NCBI GenBank assembly: GCA_976226885.1
Contig: OZ320323.1
Span: forward strand, 24,242,001-24,306,000
Length of the DNA: 64,000 bases
Source of the DNA: Iphione sp. A-MEVVRFRX5
Taxonomy: Eukaryota
Direction: 5' to 3'
Shown: positions 46,096 through 60,309 of the stretch, piece by piece
Position numbering within the stretch: the stretch's first letter is position 1
Layout of the letters: each line of letters opens with the position of its first letter
Program-made: the position numbers and the translations under genes
The notes under the pieces: model-generated
The model's input: only the letters and a program-made list of their open reading frames with translations
What the model was told of the DNA's origin: nothing
Database searches by the model: none

Positions 46096-48859
46096 TTTTT
46101 AGAGGGTTATGGTCAGTTTGAATGAGGAATTTAGCTCCCTCTAGGTAGACACGCCAATGCTTCACTGCATAGAATATGGCTGCCATTTCCTTGTCAGTAG
46201 TAGAATAGTTTAATTGAGCACCTTGAAATGCCTTTGCCCAAAAAGCAACAGGTCTCAAGTTTCCCTGTTTGTCTATTTGTGAGAGACTAGCTCCCATTCC
46301 ATAATTACTTGCATCAGTGGCTAAATAGAATTCTTTGTTAAAGTCTGGGTATAGCAAAAGTTGATCATCTAATAATGCCTTTTTGAGAGTTTGAAATGCT
46401 TCTTCTTGTTCTGGTCCCCAGAAAAATTTCTTGTTACTTTTCTTAGTCAAATCATATAAGGGTTTTGCCTTTAGACCATAGTTAGGAATAAATTTCCTGT
46501 AATATCCAGTCATTCCCAAAAATCTTCTAACTTGCCTAACTGTAGCTGGGGTTTTTAGATCCTTGATTTTGCCAACATTGTCTGGGGAGGGTTTAAGTCC
46601 TTCAGTGGTTAGAATATGTCCTAAAAATTTGACTTCTGATCTACCTATGTCACATTTAGATGGTTTTAACTTTAGGCCTGCTTGGATCAGTCTGTCTAAA
46701 ACTTGTTCCAGATCAGCCATATGTCTCTCAAATGTAGGGGAGAAGACAACTATATCATCCATGTATGCTAAACAAATCTTATATTTCAATCCAGAAAGTA
46801 CCATGTCAACAATACTCTGGAATGAGGCTGGTGAGTTTTTGAGTCCCATAGGCATAGTTTTATACCTGAATTTTCCTGAAGGGGTTAGGAAAGCTGTCTT
46901 GTCTCTATCTTGATCACGAATAGGAATTTGATGGAAACCCATCTCTAAATCCATAACTGAGAGAAATTTAGGTTTGTTATGTCCTATGGCATCTATTGTA
47001 TCATCAACTCTAGGGATAGTAAACATTTGGGTAACAGTTTGGGAGTTTAGATTTCTGTAGTCAACAACTAATCTAAATTTTCCATTAGGTTTAGGAACTA
47101 AGAAGGCAGGACTGGCCCATGGACCATCTCCGGCTTCTTCAAGTATTCCCTTGTCTCTCTGATCATAAACTATTTTATCTAGCTCTTCCCTCATATTCGG
47201 TGACATGCGGAAAGGTTGGGCTTGAGTGGGATATGCATCTGGGACTAATTCAATACGGTGCTCAACTAAATGTGTCCTACCAATATCTCCTTTCAATACA
47301 AATGCATCCCTTTTAGATTGGAGTAAATTCATACAAATTTCTTTCTGTTCTTCAGTGAAGTTTGATTGAGACAGGTCAATAGGGATATCAGAAGGGGTTG
47401 AATGTTGGATAGAGTTAACTTCAGTGTTAGTCTTAAAGGTGTAGGGAATACCTTTAGTAAATGTACCAATTCTTAGTCCTTTCCTAAGTTGTTGGGGTTT
47501 GTCAGAATAGTTTAGAATGGAGACGGGGATATGATTTCCTGAAACTTTCACAAGTGCTTCTCTGTTTGAGACTATTTTTCTTGGGGTGGACTTAAGTGTG
47601 TCCTCAAATATTCCTTCATATGAGTCTAGGCACTGACCATCGGACAATATTTGGGCCCACACAAAGGTTTCAGAGAGGGGTTCTAAGAGTATGTCATCAG
47701 GTAGGGCTGTTGGGTAATGGGCAGGAGGTCTAGGACCAAATGACAGGTTCATGGAGAACTGGTGTAGGAAGTTTCTCCCAAGAATGATATCATAGGCTAG
47801 TCCCTCAATGACATGTAATAAGACAGGATATTTATGGTCATCAATGGGAATATCAAACTGAGCAATGTATGAGGCCTTAGTGGTTGTTCCATTGGCCATA
47901 ACACACTCAGCTTTAGAAGGGAGTATGTTCATGTCAAACCCATTTTCCTGCAATTGATTGAAAACCTTAGAACTAATGCAGCAACCTTCAGCTCCTGTGT
48001 CAATAAGCGCAACAACAGATACCTTTCCCAAATCAAGTTTGGTACAACAGGCATTTGTTAATGAATGGTGAATAGTTTCAGTTTTGCCTTCTGAGATTTG
48101 TTGGGTCCAGGACATATAGACACATTTTTCCTTTTGTGAAGTAGTGTATGAGTTAGCTTTAGAAATAATGCCAAAAATTTCATTAGTTTTTGAAGGGAAG
48201 TTAAAGTCTTGATAAATTTGGTGGTCATGAATTTCATCGGGGAGGATCAAGTGTTCACCATTCAAAGGACAACATGGAATTCTGTTACACCTAGGTTTGA
48301 GTACCTTCCTAGTTATCTCACTACTCAGTGATTTAACCTTGTCATGTACACAGATTTCCATGTATTCATAGTCACACTTGCAGTTACCATGTTTATGGTC
48401 AATAATTGCCATTCTTAAGGCCATAAGAATAGCATATTCAAGGCTGTTGACACAGAGTCCTTCTGCAACTTGACAGTCACACTGAGGTGTAATGTTACCC
48501 TTCTCATCAGTTTTAACAACACATATACAATGATTTGGGCAATGTGAGCAATCAAACCTTAAATGTCTATTGGCAGGGATATTTGCGTCCTGCTTGTCCT
48601 GTACCTTAGTCTTGGACTTTTTGCGTGTAGGGCGGCTGGGGCAAAGAGGATGTGATTTAATTGTATGATATTTCAAACTCTTAACCCAACTAAGTCTTTC
48701 CTCAGGCTGGGGAGGTAGAGGTTTTGTTAGAATTAGAACTGTCAGTTTCTCATCAGGATCAGTTTTAGAAAAATCATTATCCTTGGGCTTGCTTTGGTCC
48801 TTATTCTGAGATCCAGGTAGAGACTCCCAATACTTGGGCTCATTGGAAGTCCTTCCTAG
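46082..48859 (-). CDS. pol: pol 5' part: transframe Cys-rich region, aspartic protease, RT and RNase H
   Basis: The frame is open from the slippery site at 48859. Protease LIDTGA (DTG 48001-47993) and IILGRNFL; RT WASPAFLV..KFRLVVDYR and YMDD (46765-46754); RNase H TDASNYG..YSTTDKE..TDHNPL. Confidence 0.96.
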   Translation of the reverse strand, partial: LGRTSNEPKYWESLPGSQNKDQSKPKDNDFSKTDPDEKLTVLILTKPLPPQPEERLSWVKSLKYHTIKSHPLCPSRPTRKKSKTKVQDKQDANIPANRHLRFDCSHCPNHCICVVKTDEKGNITPQCDCQVAEGLCVNSLEYAILMALRMAIIDHKHGNCKCDYEYMEICVHDKVKSLSSEITRKVLKPRCNRIPCCPLNGEHLILPDEIHDHQIYQDFNFPSKTNEIFGIISKANSYTTSQKEKCVYMSWTQQISEGKTETIHHSLTNACCTKLDLGKVSVVALIDTGAEGCCISSKVFNQLQENGFDMNILPSKAECVMANGTTTKASYIAQFDIPIDDHKYPVLLHVIEGLAYDIILGRNFLHQFSMNLSFGPRPPAHYPTALPDDILLEPLSETFVWAQILSDGQCLDSYEGIFEDTLKSTPRKIVSNREALVKVSGNHIPVSILNYSDKPQQLRKGLRIGTFTKGIPYTFKTNTEVNSIQHSTPSDIPIDLSQSNFTEEQKEICMNLLQSKRDAFVLKGDIGRTHLVEHRIELVPDAYPTQAQPFRMSPNMREELDKIVYDQRDKGILEEAGDGPWASPAFLVPKPNGKFRLVVDYRNLNSQTVTQMFTIPRVDDTIDAIGHNKPKFLSVMDLEMGFHQIPIRDQDRDKTAFLTPSGKFRYKTMPMGLKNSPASFQSIVDMVLSGLKYKICLAYMDDIVVFSPTFERHMADLEQVLDRLIQAGLKLKPSKCDIGRSEVKFLGHILTTEGLKPSPDNVGKIKDLKTPATVRQVRRFLGMTGYYRKFIPNYGLKAKPLYDLTKKSNKKFFWGPEQEEAFQTLKKALLDDQLLLYPDFNKEFYLATDASNYGMGASLSQIDKQGNLRPVAFWAKAFQGAQLNYSTTDKEMAAIFYAVKHWRVYLEGAKFLIQTDHNPLKTHSS

Positions 48860-48865
48860 TTTCCC
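48822..48865 (-). other. -1 programmed ribosomal frameshift signal
   Basis: G GGA AAC heptamer (48865-48859) directly before the gag TAG, a 7-nt spacer, then a 10-bp stem GACUUCCAAU/AUUGGGAGUC. The -1 frame is open into pol. Confidence 0.88.
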
Positions 48866-50187
48866 GAATTTGGTCTAATTGCCTGGGAAAGAGCCTCGAT
48901 ACTTCTTTGCATCTGGCTCATATTCACTCTCATAATGCGCATTTGTTCTTCCAAAGGGTTGGGGTAGGATTGCTGGTTAGAATGATCTGGATTTTGGTAA
49001 TAAGTTGGACCATAATTTTGAGGGGGATAGTTATTCCTAGGCTGTCTGGGGAGAGGAGTAGGTCTAGTAGGTTGTCCCCTGGGAGGTGGAACTGTGGGAT
49101 CTCCCATTGCTCTCCTTTTTGAATAACAGTCTCTCTCATAATGTCCCTTCTTTTGACAGTAATAACACTGAATATCAGGTCTAGGAGGTGGGTTATTAGA
49201 AGTTCTCCTGGGTGGACGTTTATTTGTTTCCCTTTGCTCAGAAGTGGAGGGAGTGGGCCCTGCTTGTTTAACCTGAAAGGCCATGATTTTTCCGGGGAGA
49301 TCTCTAGAAAGTTTCTCTGAGAGGTCCTCTAACATTTTCTCTACATTAACTATACTGGCTGCATTTTTCACTGTTCCTTGCAAACTTTTCCATGCTCTTC
49401 TAGCATCAGTAAGAGAGTCATTGAAAGAAGGAACTGTTCTATGTTGCATTGATGCTCTTACTTCTGGTAGAATATTTTCCATAAAAATCCTACCCACTTT
49501 ATCATCGTCCTCTATCCCAGCTAATGAGCAGGCTTTCAAAAGTCTTTCCCCAAAGACTTGGGGTGGCTCACCTGATTTCTGTTTGGTATTTTTCATTTTC
49601 TCAACTAATTCATAGCTAGATGGGCCCTTCTCCTTTAGGATATAAGATTTGAGATCGTCCCAGTTTGGGTGATAGTTGATATGGATATACATATGTCTAG
49701 GGAAAAAGCTCTTAGATTTAGAATGGGCCTTTTCCTCCCAATCATCCCCATATAGTTCTTCCATGTATCTCTCATATTCATGTATCCAGTCAGCTACAGC
49801 ATAAGGGTCAGAGGGGAAATCACTAGGTCTTTTAGGAGCGCATGTAAGTTTCATAGCAATTTGATCAACCAAATCGCTCCTTGCCTCAGCTATACCAGCA
49901 TTAGCACCAGGTTGGCCTCCCTGTGCCATTACCTCATTCGCACCCCCAGGCATGATCAAGACAAGGTTAGGACTTACTGGTTCTGTAGTTGGTTGTCTTG
50001 GAGCCGGCTGGGTAGATCTAGGAGCACTGGTTGTAGTCTGGCTTTTTGAAGACTTGTTCCCTCTGGGTTCCCTGGGTTTTCTTGAAGGTAGGGGAGAAGT
50101 AGCCCTCTGGGATGACTTGGATGGACCTCTCAGGCTTGACTTGGACTTGTCCTGGGATGTTTTACTCCGGGTGATCCTATCTGCCAT
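48856..50187 (-). CDS. gag: gag, 443 aa, with a CCHC zinc knuckle
   Basis: Retrotransposon capsid-like region (WIHEYERY...W..LK..IL..; QKSGE....FGERL) and CYYCQKKGHYERDC. It starts 25 nt after the PBS. Confidence 0.95.
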   Translation of the reverse strand: MADRITRSKTSQDKSKSSLRGPSKSSQRATSPLPSRKPREPRGNKSSKSQTTTSAPRSTQPAPRQPTTEPVSPNLVLIMPGGANEVMAQGGQPGANAGIAEARSDLVDQIAMKLTCAPKRPSDFPSDPYAVADWIHEYERYMEELYGDDWEEKAHSKSKSFFPRHMYIHINYHPNWDDLKSYILKEKGPSSYELVEKMKNTKQKSGEPPQVFGERLLKACSLAGIEDDDKVGRIFMENILPEVRASMQHRTVPSFNDSLTDARRAWKSLQGTVKNAASIVNVEKMLEDLSEKLSRDLPGKIMAFQVKQAGPTPSTSEQRETNKRPPRRTSNNPPPRPDIQCYYCQKKGHYERDCYSKRRAMGDPTVPPPRGQPTRPTPLPRQPRNNYPPQNYGPTYYQNPDHSNQQSYPNPLEEQMRIMRVNMSQMQRSIEALSQAIRPNSGN

Positions 50188-50211
50188 GCACTGTCTCTGT
50201 CAGGTATAGAT

Positions 50212-50229
50212 TACCCGGGTTCTCCACCA
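50212..50229 (-). other. Primer-binding site complementary to a tRNA-Ala 3' end
   Basis: TGGTGGAGAACCCGGGTA, 1 nt from the 5' LTR. Its complement ends GUUCUCC-A-CCA, with the U70 and A73 expected of tRNA-Ala. Confidence 0.8.
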
Positions 50230-50230
50230 G

Positions 50231-52825
50231 TTTGAGATCTAAGTGACACCACTGCTTCTTCTTCAAAAATGATGATATGTGGTGATATGACTACCTCCTC
50301 TTCTTCTGTCCTCTTCTCAGGGGACAGTATAGATATGAAGGTAGGGGCAGGCTCAAGGACTTGTAGGGGAGTAGAGTGAGAGTGTCCTTTTACCTGTCCA
50401 AATGATCTCACGGGATCTACCTGTTTCAGGTGTCAAAATGATGTCCTCTTCTTTCTGGCTCTTCTAATAAAGTCTTTCTTGATGTATTAAGAACTGAGTC
50501 TTGATATTCTTATAAGTATTTTAGAGATAGTTTGCTTTGGTTAGGTGACAGATAAATATGCTCTTCCTGAGTCCTTCTTCTTTTAACTGAATGATGTTAT
50601 CTCATAGAATATCTAAATGTTCAGTTCTTGTAGGTGTATATAAAAGCCAGTAAATTGATGCATTTAAACTGTAATATATTTATTGGAGAATAGCACACAA
50701 GGGGTGACTACCTCCCTTCTGACAGCAGTAATGTATATACAGTGTGGCAGAGTCACCAAAGTCAATGTGATACACCTGTAGTTTAGGTAATATGTAGCCT
50801 AGCAGGGGAAATATAGTCTGTCATAAACCAGCACTTCACCAAAATGTCCAGTAGTTTCAACCAATATTGCAATGGAAGTGGTAACAGCAGTTCAACCAGT
50901 TTGTCCAGCAGTTTCAATATGGCAACGGTCAATAATGGTGGCAAACAGAGTTTTCAGTAACATGCAAACTAAAGTGTAGTTTCTACCTTCAAAATGCTTG
51001 TCCTGAGTGTCAGGGGTCCTAGGCTGGCAAGGTTCCTGGGCTGGAGACTGGTCCTGGTGGTGTTGCTGGTCTGACTCCCTCTGCCTGACTGATTTGTTTG
51101 GGGAAAGGGGGCTGCTTATAAGCACAGCTGGTCTCCAGGGTCCCTGGGGTTTGTTTGGCTCCATAGCTACAATGGTTAAGGCCCCTCACTCATGCCTGGG
51201 AGCTGACAGGGGAAGGAGGGCTGAAGGTGAGTGCTGTATACTACCTTGAATTTCTTATTTTATTTTGCAAAATGTGTATATTATTTGACTGCAAATGTTG
51301 TTGAGGGACTGCAGGTAAGTGCTGTAAATGTTTTTAGTCCACCAAACTGTGTTTTTGAGACTTATTCTGGATGTAGGGCTGAGTATATTATTGTGCTGTA
51401 TATATGGGTCCCCCTGGGCTATAGGCACTGGAACCTGACCTAGGAGGTGTACTCTGGGCAATAGGTTTTAGAACCAAAACTGGTGTTTCATCCATGTTAA
51501 AGCCATGTTTACCAGGGTTGCATTAAGGTGAATAATTTGTCAAACTTTTCTAAAATGTTTTTCTGGTTGAAATGAGTATTGTTTTTGTCAGGCTGTATAT
51601 GTGGGTTCCCCTAGGCTATAGGCACTGGGACCTGACCTGGAAGGTGTACCCTGGGCTATAGGTTTTAGAGCCCAAACTGGAATTTTATTCATGTTGAAGT
51701 CATGTTTGTTAAGGTTGTATTAAGGTGAATGTTTTGTCAAACCTTTTTAAAATGCTTTCTTGTTGAAATGAGTGTTGTGTACTGTGTATCTGGGTCAATC
51801 CCTGGGGCTACCCTAGGCTGGAAGCTTGCTAAAACCTGAAGTAGGGTTTCTCTCATATTAGAACCAGGTTTTACTCTTGTTGTAGTAAGGTGAATATTTT
51901 GCTTTGACCATCTAAAATATTCTTCATGTTGGTATTTAGAATAATAATGGTTTTATTTTTGCCTGGCTGTCAAGAAAGGAAACTAGTTGGTTTGGGGTCT
52001 AAATACAGAATTTGGTCTACACTTGTATTTCCCTCTTTTTGATGTATATGTATATATTCTGATCATGGTCATATGTGTAGTATTTAAGTTTTTGTACATT
52101 GCTTTCTTGACATATGTTCTTTACTATATTTAATGTAAAGGGAGGAAGGGTATTGTTTTGGGTCAGGCTTGGTGGACATGTCTGGGCATGCAAAACAGGA
52201 AGTCACTTCAGGGGACACAGGAAGTCACTTCAGGGAGGCAGGGTTTGAGGCTAGTTTGTATTGGTGACCAATCACAGGGGGTCTTGCTTGGGAGGTAGGG
52301 CCTGGGGCTTGCCTATTGTTCCTTCCAGCTGGGTCCACTGAGGTAAGCTCCTTAGCTGGTTGCAAAGGGTACCACTGTGAAAGCAGCTTTAGAAAGCTCC
52401 CTTTAGCTAGTTCCATTGAGGCAAACTACTTAACTGGCTGTTAAAGCTTTTCTCAATAGATGTAGCTCAAGGCCTGAATAGACCTGCATGCAAAGGTCTT
52501 TTATTCAAGGCTTTTTGTTTAAAGGGAATTAGGCTTTACTTCTTTTATATTGAATACTCCATTTGCCATTGACATTTTACAAGAAATACTGAAACTCCTT
52601 CATAAAATACACTTTCATATATATCAACATTCACATTCATCTATAACTGTACTTTGAAACTGCATATAAAATATATTCCTATTTATCTTTACACTGTGTT
52701 GCCACTATTGTAATTAATGTATATGTTTGAATCATTTCATACATATCAATCATAGGTACATACATTATCATATGCAATGAAAACTGAATCAGACATGAAT
52801 ATTTCTGAGGGTCCATAATCTAACA
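50231..52825 (-). repeat. 5' LTR (2595 bp)
   Basis: Direct repeat of 31492-34086. It begins TGTTAG on the - strand and is followed by the PBS. Confidence 0.97.
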
Positions 52826-53395
52826 TAAACAGTGATGGGCTGTAAAAGTAAGGTAACGAGCCAGCTGTGTGGTTGCACACTGGCCTAACAAAACAAGAAT
52901 GCCTTGGTAAACCTGCCAGGAACCTGCTTATAGCTATGAGACACACGTTCTTGATATAATGAACACAACATAGTGATAACAGGAAGGATCCTCCATATAA
53001 CTAACATACAAAAACCCTGCCTAACAGCCCCAATCCTGGCCTGCTGTGTGGTAGCACACTGGTCAACCCACCAACTAATCCAGAAGCCAAATGGACCAAC
53101 GAAGCATGTTTGCAGCAGAATCCCTTAATGCCTTCAGCTAACTAGCCTACAACTAGACAAAGAAGATGGTGTACTACAAGAAACTATCCACAACACCAGC
53201 AGCAGTATCTTTCATTACTAAACAATACCGTCTATGTACCCACTAAAAGATTATAACGTCTATAGCTCAACATTTCATTAATTCATCCCCATTATTCAGA
53301 ATGACACTGTTGTTTTCACACCGGTTACTTGTATACCGCTATGTATGTATTCCGGTAAATAAAAGTACATATCTAAAAAAAAAAAAAAATTTCTT

Positions 53396-53410
53396 TCTGT
53401 GTGTGTATGT

Positions 53411-53458
<48 letters not shown>

Positions 53459-53462
53459 CTCA
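53396..53462. repeat. Compound microsatellite (TG)n(TC)n(TATC)n
   Basis: Directly visible in the sequence. Confidence 0.9.
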
Positions 53463-53981
53463 CTCCCTAGGTGTGGTAGTCTTATCTGACACCTATTTTC
53501 AGCCGTTCTGCCTGAGTGATAACCAAGTACCCAGCTGTCCACGCTCTTCCATAGCTGATAGGAAGAATAGTCAATATGGTCCACTGATCGATATGAGTCA
53601 ACCTCATTTGATATGAGGCAACCCTCTGGACATATATATGAGGTAGCCCCCCGGTTAATGTGATCCAGCCAAATCTCTGGCCATTAAATATTATTTGCTT
53701 AGATTTGTAAAGCTGACACGTATCATCTGCAAGTTATAGGCACAGGTGTTGTCATGCTAAAACCTATCATCTACTGTGACAGGTCCATGTCCGCCGTGCA
53801 ATGGCTCACGCTGAACACGTCTATTTATCCCTGTATGACGTCTACTGGGAGAACAGTCCGTCTTGCCTTGTTGAGCGATATTAGGTAAATTTTCATCCGT
53901 CCAGCGTTTTTCATGAATCCTTACAAGACCTCCATCCAATATATGAAATATACGTATATAAATAAACAGATTCTTACTTAC

Positions 53982-54369
53982 GGAGGGATTTCTTGAAGGT
54001 TATCCGTCCCCAAATTGATAAATAATAAAGCCAGCTAGCCAGCGATCCGCGAGTCCTGTCGTTTTTAGACGTCCAGTTCTGTCTTCACTGGGACGCTAAA
54101 CCCACTGTTTCAAGTCACCGGCGAAATACAGTGTTTAATTATTTTACAGTTTTCACAATTTTTATGATGAAATGCATATGATTTTTTTTTGTGAAATATG
54201 AAAATATTCTCTTAAGACGTACTTTACTACATTGTTTTCAGTGATGACTGCGGCCATCCCCGGAAGTTCAACACCACTAAATCTGTAGGAGGAGTGGCAG
54301 GTGAACCCAGAGAGGGGTTTCATTTTTTTCTTTGCGTGACCAGTGGTCGATGCGACCAGTGTCATTGCG
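53982..54369. promoter_or_regulatory. Probable bidirectional CpG-containing promoter: ANKRD54 (+) and an ATG-less - strand first exon, candidate GPANK1 5' UTR exon
   Basis: Locally CpG-rich, with an ETS-like CCGGAAG at ~54259 and a - strand donor |GTAAGT at 53981. The ANKRD54 ATG is at 54370. Confidence 0.5.
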
Positions 54370-59394
<5,025 letters not shown>

Positions 59395-60309
59395 CTAACT
59401 GCCCCGGGAGGAGGGGCAGACGAACATGGAGGAAAACAGCTGAAACCCATGGCAGAAGCTGTGCAGAATCTCACTAGTGTAACTCCAAGAGCCGCTAAAT
59501 CATCGGTCTCAGAACTTGCAGCTGACAGTACTGTGCGCAGGTCATCCTGCACCAGTTTACCCTCACAACAGCGGCGCCTGTCCAATGTGAGTGTGGCCTC
59601 TCTGCAGAGGCGACCATCGAATCTCAGTCTGGGAAGTGATCGTGGACTTCAGGAATTCCACGGTGGTCAGGACAATTTCTCTGTGGGAAGCCACTCAGGA
59701 ACTGGCACCCCGACCAGCCCTTTCAGTCCTGATGCTCTTCCCAGCAGTATGGCTGCTGGAGTTGGCAGGCGTAATATGATGCACCAACTCCGCAGACAAC
59801 CCAGTCGCCAGCTGCAAGCAGCAGATATCTGTGCTCTTATCCTTACTGTGTGTCATCGGATGCATTCGATGGTGATGGATGAAGGCATAGACTCAATATG
59901 TGATAAACTGGAAGGAACCTCATTGACTGAGGACCTGCAGGAGTTGTCGCATGAAGTTTCTGAGATATGTGTCTCAGTCAAACTGTTATCGCTTGAGGAA
60001 CTTCAGATCCTGGTGCAGCAGCTGTCACAACAGATGCGAAAGATGCATGTCAGCCAGCAGCCTGGAGATCCCGATTCAATACATCAGTTACTTAGTTCTC
60101 TGACACTACAATCACAGGACAGTGTTGCGGAGTGCAGAGATGTCAGCGAGTGCACCCGCAGGCTGGGAGGGCTTGAGCTGGCAAACGGTATTGGGCAAGA
60201 GCCTGCAGAATATGAAACTATGTGCCGTATGTTGCAGTACCTGCTCACATCTGAAAAACCTGAACCACAGACACTTCTCCATCACTTGCAGCAGCTGCAC
60301 CTCCTGTGA
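59395..60309 (+). CDS. In-frame C-terminal extension beyond the ANKRD54 UGA (candidate readthrough isoform, +305 aa)
   Basis: 304 sense codons continue in the same frame after TGA 59392-59394. The context is TGA-CTA, followed by a 7-bp GC-rich hairpin at 59399-59419. Confidence 0.7.
   Translation, partial: LTAPGGGADEHGGKQLKPMAEAVQNLTSVTPRAAKSSVSELAADSTVRRSSCTSLPSQQRRLSNVSVASLQRRPSNLSLGSDRGLQEFHGGQDNFSVGSHSGTGTPTSPFSPDALPSSMAAGVGRRNMMHQLRRQPSRQLQAADICALILTVCHRMHSMVMDEGIDSICDKLEGTSLTEDLQELSHEVSEICVSVKLLSLEELQILVQQLSQQMRKMHVSQQPGDPDSIHQLLSSLTLQSQDSVAECRDVSECTRRLGGLELANGIGQEPAEYETMCRMLQYLLTSEKPEPQTLLHHLQQLHLL

Larger units (their letters stand above)
31492..52825 (-). mobile_element. Full-length 21,334-bp env-bearing Ty3/gypsy LTR retroelement (errantivirus-like endogenous retrovirus)
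   Basis: Two 2595-bp direct repeats at a constant offset of 18,739. TSD TAAA at 31488-31491 and 52826-52829. PBS, PPT, gag, PR-RT-RH-IN domain order and env are all present. Confidence 0.97.

Noticed and set aside
44015-50209. + strand ORFs antisense to gag, pol and integrase
   Set aside because: Short shadow ORFs of long coding regions, with no motifs or expression signals.
50205-50229. tRNA-like 3' end ...GGGTTCTCCACCA on the + strand
   Set aside because: Only 18 nt with no cloverleaf. It is the PBS, not a tRNA gene.
50892-51164. 90-aa ORF inside each LTR (also 32153-32425)
   Set aside because: Low-complexity Q/P sequence with only a weak upstream acceptor and no homology evidence. At most an upstream ORF.
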